A stretch of DNA of 63,346 bases, the filler included, from Choristocarpus tenellus KU-1152 (lineage: Eukaryota; Protista; Phaeophyceae): the NCBI GenBank assembly GCA_964200185.2. It is 15 parts of 15 records of this genome, joined end to end, with 100 filler letters (N's around TTAATTAATTAA, not from the genome) between each part and the next. Parts side by side here need not be neighbours in the genome. Positions count along the whole stretch, not along the records: positions 51,740 to 54,706 come from CAXNAD020023303.1; positions 54,807 to 57,551 come from CAXNAD020025111.1; positions 57,652 to 60,363 come from CAXNAD020025391.1; positions 60,464 to 63,346 come from CAXNAD020023946.1; 11 more parts are not named here. One strand, given 5' to 3'. Shown piece after piece: positions 54,159 through 63,346 of the stretch. Below the pieces are notes generated by a model, which had not been told where the DNA came from, made no database searches, and saw only the letters and a program-made list of their open reading frames with translations. Every line of letters starts with the position of its first letter. Position 1 is the first letter of the stretch. The position numbers and the translations under genes are program-made.

Positions 54159-54555
54159 CGAGGGAGTGGGCATGGGATTTACTGCAGGTAGGATGAGTGG
54201 AGAGCAATGCACAGATTGAAACAGGCAATTCATCCTTCCCGGGTAAATCCTTCTCAATGTTCATGAGTTAAACCATACACATACATACATACATAAGCTT
54301 TAAATCTCTGTTCATGAAGCTGAAGACTCCGTCTCAAAGTCCTATTTCTATGGTTCAGGGGCAAGGCTCACCCCCTCAACCCTACTCCACCCCACAGTAG
54401 CCCCCACCCTTATCACCCCCTCTGTTCCAGATCCCTAACCCTAATGCACAACTCTTGTCTCTGATCATAATAGACACAATGGTACTATCGCCACCTACCT
54501 TGCCAACCAAGTCCGCGCCAACATCTGCAGCTTTGGTGTATATGCCTCCTCCCAG
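53007..54555 (-). CDS. H+-translocating inorganic pyrophosphatase, type II-like (2 internal exons)
   Basis: Exons 54499-54555 [19 protein letters not shown] and 53007-53171 [33 protein letters not shown]. Confidence 0.93.
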
Positions 54556-55193
54556 CTGAAGGATGGGAGAATTGATCAGGGAAATTCAAAAAATAAAAAA
54601 TCAGCACAAGTTTAAAAAAAAAAAAGTAACCGAGAAGAAAAAAAACAGGATATTACAAAAAAAAAAAAAAGATAAAGGGGGTAGAATCAACAAAGACAAA
54701 AAAAAANNNNNNNNNNNNNNNNNNNNNNNNNNNNNNNNNNNNNNNNNNNNTTAATTAATTAANNNNNNNNNNNNNNNNNNNNNNNNNNNNNNNNNNNNNN
54801 NNNNNNGGGGAGCAAGGCGGGGGGGGGCGGGGGGGGGTTGTATGCCTCTGACCATTTCAAACAATGCTGCACTTGCAGAACATTGCCTGCATTGGCAACA
54901 AACGCTAACTAACAACCCCCCCCCAACAAAAAGAACTTAGACCCAGAAATCATGTGCTCTTACCACTCCATGACGCCACTTGTAACTCCCTCAGCAGACA
55001 CTTTCATTTTAAACCTCTGCACCAGAACCTCTGCACAGAGGCAAATGCAAATCTCCTCTATATCAGGGTGAGGGCACAACCCAAAACTTCCGAGGTAACC
55101 AATACTTGCTACTAACTCCACGGCAAAGAGAAGGCTAGGGTAACAGCGCTGCAGGCCCGGAGGAAAAGGATCACTGCACATCTATCCACTTAC

Positions 55194-56457
55194 CTCTACA
55201 ATGGATGGGTCAGCTAGTGTACTTATGTCACCAAGCTTATCAGCCTCCCCCTCCGCTATCTTCCGAAGGATTCGACGCATGATCTTGCCTGCAATGTCGC
55301 GAGGGAGTGTGCTCTTGAGAAAAATAATATAAATAATAAAATTGAACGCCGGCGTCTTAGATTTTTACCTGCATATGGAGGAAGGCAGTGATCATGCCAC
55401 TTGATGCAACAACAACAGACACGCACACAATCAAACACACATGCCAATAACAACACCTTTACATGCATGCACACCTCACTACCATCAACACACTCAAAAC
55501 AACTTCAAACATACAAAAAAATACAAAATATATTTATATATAGTATGTTAGAGCCATGCGGGCACTGAATTGGTTCGAGAGCAAATCGATTCGAAGAATT
55601 CATCTCTTGGCCTAACCCTACAAAGACCAGGTCATGAATCACCATTCCACACAGTCAGATGCCTATTATCATCATCCTTGTAAAACAATCAACAATCGAG
55701 CTTTTTCGGGTTTGATAATGTAATAACTGATAAAGAAAACTTTGTCAGGCTTTGGGGTAATTAAACAATTATCATGTTTTTCAATATTGACTTGGTCCAA
55801 CAGCACATCCTGGAATACAAGGTGCACATATAGTAGTATAGCAAAAAAGAAAAAAAGAAAACAATTACCACAAAAACGCCACCGATGGCACCAGTAGAAC
55901 AAAGGAGTGCTATGGATCGAACTCTACCTGCTACAGTGAGCAACAGACACAACCAACCACCCCAACCAACCCCGACCAAACCATAGTGTTTTCGGGACTG
56001 TTCTGATTCAAACACACTCAAAAAACCTAAATTTAAAAAATATCAAAATTAAAAAAAAAAAAGGTAATATCAATACTCAAGTCCAATCGACACTTCAACC
56101 ATGGTTATAATTGACACACCTCTACACCACCATGCATTTCCATTCACAAAACATTTCTCCCCCCACCTCCCCCACCCCCCCCCCTCTTATCCTGCCCGGA
56201 ACACACTCCCTCACTTAGCGCACACCCTCCCAAGTCTTCCAGACCTCAGCAGGAACATGTCACACATCATAGTAGTATTTCAATTCCAGCAAAAGACAAA
56301 AAAAAGACAAAAAAAGGTATTCCACCACACCTTCGTACCTGATCGTGTCTTGGGTAGACCCGGAGTTCCTACCATCACACCTGGGCGGGCAAAAGGTCCA
56401 ATCTGTGTCGCAACCTGCTGAACCAGCTCCTTAATCAACTCTGGAGACTCCTCATAC
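55194..56457 (-). CDS. ACS: Acetyl-CoA synthetase, C-terminal exons (partial)
   Basis: Exons 56339-56457 and 55194-55288 splice to [39 protein letters not shown]. Confidence 0.93.
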
Positions 56458-57683
56458 CTTTGGGTTTCCACATCGTGACCAGCGATCGGACATGGCCACC
56501 AGGGCCGTAGGGTTATAGGGTTAGCACTGCATTTCAAATCATCGCTCACCGAGCCGCAACCCTCGGCAAGATTCAATGATGAGAAAAAATATATATAGGC
56601 CTCAATGATAGAACCTGATGTCCTTCTTCCTCTGCGCAGACTGAGGAGGGGTAGGAGGTGGGTGGTCCCTTCAACATAAGAAATAGAAATTAAAAAATTG
56701 TCAAAACCGTGACAAGCAGTTTTCAACGGGTTTACATACACCCCCACACAATAAACCAACACATAACAAAATGTCGATCTTTTTTTTATTCGCTGTACTC
56801 GGAACAAAATGAATACAGATTATATATAAATGTTCCACGACAGTAGCAGCGCCCCCCTTCAAAAAAATAAATAAATAAATAAAACTGCTAAATCAACGGT
56901 AGAAGCATATGATTTGTCAAGAAATACAAGATGACTTTCCTGACAGCGAGTTGAGCATAGGAGGGCCGTCAGAGGGGAAAAGGTAATATTTATTATCGGT
57001 CAAGTATTTTTTTGTTTATTCTCTTTCAAAACATTTTTTTATTACTGCATTTCAAATGGTTCAAGGAAGTCAAGGGGATGGGGGATGGAATCACACCGGT
57101 GGTGCTATCCTTCAAAACCGGGAATGAGAGAAAAAAAAAAATAGGTGACGTGGACTAAGAACTGCGAGCTCAAGAGATGACAGCCCAAACTCTCAAGCAA
57201 ATACCTTACATCTAGATCTAGAGCCATTGCACAACATCGACTACCAACAAACCTATTCCTTTTAAATCCCTCTCCAGGAAAAGCAGTCTTCTTTCCATAC
57301 AATCAACCAAAAGAGGCGATGGAAGAAAGAGAGGAGGGGGGGGGGGGGGGGGGGGGGGGGGGAGGACAAGAGAAGAAAAAAAAAAAAAAAGAGGAAAGGA
57401 GGGGGGGGGGGGGGGAGGGAGGGGGCGGGGGGCGCAGGGGGGGGTGGGGGGGGCGGGGGGGGGGGAGTGGGGGCGGGGGGGATCACAGGACCTGAAGCTT
57501 ACAATAGCAATGCATGTAAAAACATACAGGACATGCATGACAAGAGTAATGNNNNNNNNNNNNNNNNNNNNNNNNNNNNNNNNNNNNNNNNNNNNTTAAT
57601 TAATTAANNNNNNNNNNNNNNNNNNNNNNNNNNNNNNNNNNNNNNNNNNNNTCGAGGGTGTGGGGGGGCGGGGGTTCAGCCGC

Positions 57684-57729
<46 letters not shown>

Positions 57730-57779
57730 AGATACTTTGACCCAGATCAAAAACTAGAACGGAAATGTTTAATCTGTGA

Positions 57780-58900
57780 GTTGTCATGAAGATTCAGAGG
57801 TTTTCCTGTTCATTTTTTTCTGAGCTGAATCAGAGATGCTTATGTCTACCCACAGTGGTGAAAATAATACGTCATTGTGGCAATCCATGCTACACTCTTC
57901 TCCATCGTGTTTTGGGAGTTTTTGTGTCTTACTTTTCGGTTTCCGTAATTCTATGCCTTCGCCTCTGCGTTCTGTTTGTCTTCTTCTGTAGCATTCTGGT
58001 ACTCGAGAGTATTTGATCATTTTAGCCAGGATGGGAGGAAAGTTAGACAAATTTCTTGCATCACCTAATGCTAGTTCTCCTAAGTGTTCTAAGATAGAGA
58101 GCATATGAGTGGTAGGCCAGAATTATTCTGAAACAAGTTGCAATCTACTTTGGACCTTATTTGGCGTATATCTATGCTCAAAAACATATTGCTCATCGAT
58201 CTCTCCACAACCAATCACGATAAATTGATATGAATGAAGCCAAGATATGCCTTGCACACCAACATAATTCTTATTGATGTGTGGTGAATCATTTGCAGGT
58301 TTAGATGTGTGAGAAGTCGAGGAAAATGTAAAAAATAATTTTTCCATTCGGTTGGGTTTGTCATGAGATACTACTTCTAATTTTTGTGGTTGGTGTGAGA
58401 CATCCATGTCTGAGAAATCCATATATAGGGCCCGTGCTGATCTCAGGCAAGATGTTGATGATTGTGAACAGGAACTGGTTTTTGTCTTTGCGTGTGATTT
58501 TGTCTGGGTAAACCTGCTCAAGTGATTCTGTCCATCCCCTCAGTCTTGGATACAGTCTTGGCAAAGCCTTCTGGTATGTTTGGATCCTCTGTAGTAGATG
58601 ATAATCATCACCATGGCATTGTATATGTTGCACAAAGCATACAAGATACTAATAGTAGTGAGAGGGGTATAGGTGGTACGTAGACAAGGGGGGGGGCACT
58701 CTATGTAGTCTCTTACCTTGATTTTGTGAAATTGTGAATCTACACTACAAGGCATGTTGATATTTTTCCAGTTAGAGAGCAGGGCTCGTTCCCATGAAAA
58801 TTCCAGTCATTAGACAGAATTTGAAATCAATTTGATGCCAGATGTTGCTACTAGAGATGAAGCTTTGTAGAAGTTGCCAGTAATGTCCTCATTGACACTC
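57780..58900 (-). mobile_element. Second decayed KDZ-like transposase
   Basis: LCQDC..GDGQNHLSR, GVQGISWLH..IDEQYVF, KVDC, WIATMTYYFHHC in KDZ motif order. Confidence 0.5.
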
Positions 58901-60180
58901 GAGCGAGGGGTCCAAAATGTGTTGCACTTTCTACATGCATTTTCTTCGTGTACCCATGCACGTATGCGCAGTGTGGATGTGAACTAGCCAACTTCCTCTT
59001 ACCCAGTCACTTGTCACCCCGGCCTCAACAATATGTATGTTGGGAAACGACCCTCCATTGTACATCCATACACATTTACACAAAGGATATCTGTGACAAT
59101 GGACGACCCATACAGGTGCTCGGTTTTGTTATGCCAAAACTAACTATACTTGTAAGGAGCCATCGGAAAGGGTGATTGTTTTAAGTGCTGTGATTTGTTC
59201 TGCAAGTAACGCAAGCCCTGCAAACAAATGAACTGTTCACTTTTGTCCATTGGATCAACCATTCCCACAGCAACAACACTGCGAGTAGAACAGAGTTTTT
59301 TCATGCCCATTGACACCATGCAGATGGTATTATATCATGATCATACCGTTATCATCTGCTTATCATTATGGGATGCAAGTGTGAAAACTTCTGCACAGCA
59401 AGGCCTTTGCTGTGCAATCAATTCAGACCTCACTGTTATGTGCGTTCTCTTGGATGATGTTTCTTTCTCCACCATGGCAGCATTTGCAAAGTACGTTTTT
59501 ATGCATAAAAGTTAGTAGTGTACATATATTGTCTGCAGGTAAAGATTTAGCATAATTGACACCTAATCAATAGAGGGATTGAAAATGATAGATTGAACAG
59601 GCCAATTTTGACTTTCAAGCAGGTGTCCTTGTCTCATGTAGGATGCGTTATGTATTTTGTGGTCGTTGTGCAAATTCTCTGAGGTCAAGTTCGCCGATTC
59701 CATCAGGACACGGACCACCGATCAAGTATTGTCACTTCCTATACACATACACGCATGCTAAAGAAAGGGTACGGTTCCACTCTTACCTGGAGGGCCTGCT
59801 AAAGTGTAGATCTGTGTTTGAGAGCTGCCACCACATTGATTGGAAATGGGTAAACAAGATACCAGCGGCACGTTGGATAAAGGCTTGGTGCTCCTCAGTT
59901 GCATGGCACACTTGCATGGCTTGTCCCTTCTCAGAAGCCGTGTCAATGCAGCGGTGAGATTTACACCCAAAAAATATTCCTGTCCACAGTAGTATCAAAA
60001 TTCCAATGAATGAGGCTGCATCGCCATTAAGCTCTATTATGCTGTCTTTAACCCTGAACCCTGGAATCCCTTCATGTGCCAAAGCTTGACTGCAAACTAA
60101 ACGCTTGTCAAGTAGCCATAAACAACTGCTCAACTGCCAAGCAGTCTGTCAGTGTGATCCATCGCACTGAACATGCTGCA

Positions 60181-60363
60181 GAGTGGAAGTATCTTAGAGG
60201 GTAGAGGACTCAAAGTATCTGGGGGGGGGTGGCGGTTGTCCATTTAGGGCCGATTTTTTCATGTCGCAGTTATTGGGTGATTTGGTTCCATACGTTGGAT
60301 GGATAATGAAAGTGCATTTTTCCTGGTTTTGGTCCAAATGGACGCTCTGGTGGAGACCCCCCC
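60181..60363. mobile_element. Family B MITE (60207-60363) directly inside the left TIR of a family A element (60181-60205)
   Basis: GAGTGGAAGTATCTTAGAGGGTAGA followed immediately by GACTCAAAGTATCTGGGGG. Confidence 0.82.
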
Positions 60364-60689
60364 NNNNNNNNNNNNNNNNNNNNNNNNNNNNNNNNNNNNN
60401 NNNNNNNTTAATTAATTAANNNNNNNNNNNNNNNNNNNNNNNNNNNNNNNNNNNNNNNNNNNNCACAACATGGACTCAATTCAACACCATAATCTCATAT
60501 ACACAAAATAAGGTACACCTCACTAATGTCCTATTTTGCACATCCCCCAACGTCGCCCCACCACCTGATAAGGAATCGTGGGTATATCTATGCGTATTTT
60601 TCCCTTCGTAATGGCTTATGGTATTGCTCCTCTTTACCAGGTCAATCTTTGTAAGAGGAGCACATTTCGAGACCAGTTGGTCGTTCCTC

Positions 60690-62010
60690 GTTCTTCAGTC
60701 TGTCTTATACTCCATGGTTGCCATGACCATGTATTGTGTTGAGGCCACGTGGGTTTTAAGACCACATTCGATAAAGTTAGAGACTAATGTTCGCGGCCAA
60801 CTTTCAATATCGACGTTCGCACATGGTGCCGTGAGTGTCAAATATGCCAAACACGCAAAACTGCTCATAGCAAAGCTACGCTTCCCACTGACCATATGCC
60901 CGTTGACAGACGATTTCAACGTGTTACTACTGATTCGGTAGAGTACAAAACACGTTCCCCAGCAGGAAGTGGTGTGATGTGCTCGTATGTGTTGTCTGCC
61001 ATTGATCACCCCACTCGTTTTGTTGTGCTGAGCCCTGTTCCAAATAAAGAGGCCGCAAAAATTGCTCATCGTGTGCTGGTAGAATGTGTGTTTCGAATTT
61101 TCGACCCACCCGAGTTGTTACACTCCGATCAAGGTACCGAATTTCAAAACAGTATCGTTGCAGAGTTGCAGTCTGTCTTTGGCTACAAGAAAACCAAAAC
61201 CACACCATATCACCCCCAGAGAGTACATGCTACTTTGCATTCTATACTAGCAATGCATATCTCTGTTGCTAAGGATAACTTAACTGGGCACCGTTACTGC
61301 CTTTCATACAGTTAGCCCATAACACAGCATTCAGTGCAAGTCGCATGAAACCCCGTTTTTCCTTCTGCGTGGAAGACAAGCTCGTTTACCTGTTGATATT
61401 ATCCTCGGTTCGTCTAATGCTGATTCAGATGTCCCTACTGAAGAGTTTACTCAGCAAACCAAAGATAATTTTATTGCTTGCATAGCCCAAAGTATCTGGG
61501 GGGGGGAGGTCTGCATCAGGGTATCCCATTTGGGTCCTTACCAGGTGTTGCAAAAATGGTCAATTTCAATGTCTTCAGTTGTGGAAGGTTGGTCCTTTTC
61601 GAGGCTATCTGTCTGTCAATGACCTTGGTGCCTGAGCAACGCAAGGACGAGAAGGAGAAGCCTTCTGTGTTGTATACACTGGAACATGATCCTGGATTAA
61701 ATGTTTGCAGCTAGTTTGCTGTTGTTATTGGGGAATAGATTATGTCGCTTAGGGTTAGCTCCATTTCACATACACATCTTGGGCTACGTTATGTGGACCG
61801 TTTGAGTTGGAATGCTGTAACTTCCATGAACACATAAAAAATCAGGAGCGTGTCAACCAACGTCTCGAGTTCCCCGTTTTCATTCCTGGTGATCAAGCTC
61901 TTGTCCATAGGCCACATGAGAGTGCTGATGGTCCGAGTCCGAAGCTGCTTCACCCTTGGAGGGGTCCGTATGAAGTACATTCTAAGGTATCACCTATCGT
62001 TTTCCCAGAA
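60690..62010 (+). mobile_element. Ty3/gypsy integrase remnant
   Basis: GHVG..TF..CRECQICQ zinc domain; IDHPTRF, LHSDQGTEF, TTPYHPQ core; KLLHPWRGPYEV GPY/F domain; interrupted near 61484 by a family B fragment. Confidence 0.9.
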
Positions 62011-62345
62011 ACAAATAATCCAGTTCATTCAAATCTAGTGTGGGAAGTTGGACTTGAGGATAGTAACGCTTAATTCGAACCAGATTAACGGAAAATGGAC
62101 GTGGTTTTCCAAGCAATACTACCCTGTACCTTATTCTGCATTTTTTAGCAAATCGGAGTTCCCCCTTTTGGGGGTTTCACACGTGCATGCTGTTGAGAAG
62201 CTTGAAGCATGTAAGGCTCGTCACCGAAAGCTAGTAGTTGAATTACATGGTAAAACATACACTGAATTATTTAAATATTATTATGCCCTCTGACATTTAT
62301 TTATTTGATGTCCGCAGGGTATTGTCCACTTGGTGTCAAATATAA

Positions 62346-62523
62346 CGACCTGGAAAAGAGATTTTAAAAATGAATTTAAAATCATTATGAACATTAGTAG
62401 AATTGTTGAATGACCAAAAATTTTCCTATCAATAGCCAAAAAGCCACCAATTATTGCAGGTATTAACACTATTTCATTACAGGACATTAATAGTATTTTT
62501 GTTATCAGATTTAAATCAGGCAT
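62346..62523 (-). pseudogene. 5' fragment of a bacterial (Rickettsiales-like) PAP2-family membrane phosphatase
   Basis: AT-rich and intronless; MPDLNLITKILL..NEIVLIPAIIGGFLAIDRKIFGH..LLMFIMILNSFLKSLFQV ends at the PAP2 'LK..F' motif-1 start. Confidence 0.6.
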
Positions 62524-62558
62524 ATTTTTCTATCATTTTACATTGAATTGATAAAACC

Positions 62559-62587
62559 ACTATATTGATGAAAAATACTTTCTGCAA
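62559..62587 (-). promoter_or_regulatory. Sigma70-like promoter TTGCAG-N17-TATAGT
   Basis: -35 at 62582-62587, -10 at 62559-62564, 17-bp spacer, 35 bp upstream of the ATG at 62523. Confidence 0.55.
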
Positions 62588-62617
62588 CAAAGCTTTTAAT
62601 GTAATTTATAATTTAAC

Positions 62618-62649
62618 GTCACCTGCGAAGGAGCGAAGCGACTGTGGCA
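62618..62649 (+). repeat. Rickettsia palindromic element (RPE)-like repeat fragment
   Basis: GTCACCTGCGAAGGAGCGAAGCGACTGTGGCA resembles the bacterial GTCATTGCGAGGAGCGAAGCGACGTGGCAATC repeat arm. Confidence 0.6.
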
Positions 62650-62987
62650 CTACTATATTACTGATATTGTCCCGCTTTACCACATGTAATGTCCCATTGC
62701 CCCACCATAACGTACCGCTGTGCATGTCACTACTTTGTATTGTACTAAACTAAAGATCAACGTACATATAACCTATAATATATACTTGATCAGCACAGAT
62801 AACGTAAGGATAGCACTAGGTTATTCGACCTCCTCCCCTTGCTGAAAACAAGTATTAACTTTCAAACAATAAAAAAAAACACATGTTGTCTCACATGTTC
62901 ATCAAAAACTTCACATGTTGTCCATAAACTCGAACTGACAGATTCTTGGTCAATACATTTGCCCTCTGATTTGCAGTACCAACAAAA

Positions 62988-63245
62988 GAGCCAAAGTATC
63001 TTAGAGGGTAGAGCCGTGTCCATTTGGGGGTCAAAATCGAATGTTGCAATTTTGATGTAATTTTGGCTATCGTATTTGTTTGGGAGTGTCAGCATCCATG
63101 TTCCGGACACACCTTTTCACAACATACACACTTTACCTACTCCTAAACATTTTGGGGTGGGAAAATGTCATAAACAACCCATGGGAAGCCAAGCCCCAAA
63201 TGGACAAACAGGGCAAAACTCGTACCCTCGAAGATACGTTCACTC
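62988..63245 (+). mobile_element. MITE family A copy, A-rich TSD (AAA/AAAA)
   Basis: GAGCCAAAGTATCTTAGAGGGTA ... TACCCTCGAAGATACGTTCACTC. Confidence 0.9.
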
Positions 63246-63282
63246 AAAAACAACACGAATCTCTCCTTTTCTAGACAAATCC

Positions 63283-63346
63283 GGGTCAAAGTATCTGGGG
63301 GGGGGTGTCGGCGTCCGTTTTTCACCCTTCTTTCGATTTTCACTTT
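63283..63346 (+). mobile_element. Start of a family-B-like element with a different interior
   Basis: GGGTCAAAGTATCTGGGGGGGGGTGTCGGCGTCCGTTTT, truncated by window end. Confidence 0.65.

Noticed and set aside
54010-54160. Long poly-G/C tracts and poly-Pro/Gly ORFs (also 57336-57480, 45885-45955)
   Set aside because: Low complexity next to gaps; lengths unreliable and ORFs spurious

Overview
This is not a contiguous locus. It is 15 short eukaryotic contigs joined by 14 artificial 100-bp spacers (44 N + TTAATTAATTAA + 44 N). The DNA looks like brown-algal (Phaeophyceae) nuclear genome: an Lhcf/FCP gene with an MKSAVMALACAACAQAF bipartite leader, small exons in long introns, and TTAGGG motifs. 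Recognisable host genes, mostly partial: cytoplasmic dynein heavy chain, importin-5 (11 exons), Lhcf (complete), glucosidase II alpha and PAN2 (head-to-head), DDX27/DRS1, a type II H+-pyrophosphatase and acetyl-CoA synthetase. The rest is decayed transposons (Ty3/gypsy, DIRS/Ngaro-like, CRE-like non-LTR, KDZ-like, possibly hAT). On top of these lie about 20 copies or fragments of related MITE families sharing the terminus G(A/G)NNNAAAG(T/C)AT(C/T)T and making 3- or 4-bp target duplications. Best leads: (i) a ~300-bp Rickettsiales-like fragment (PAP2 gene start, sigma70-like promoter, RPE-like repeat) embedded in algal repeats; (ii) the unclassified MITE system; (iii) a CpG-island versus CpG-depleted pattern suggesting CG methylation; (iv) a PAM2-like motif on PAN2. 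All homology calls are from motif recognition by eye, not database searches.
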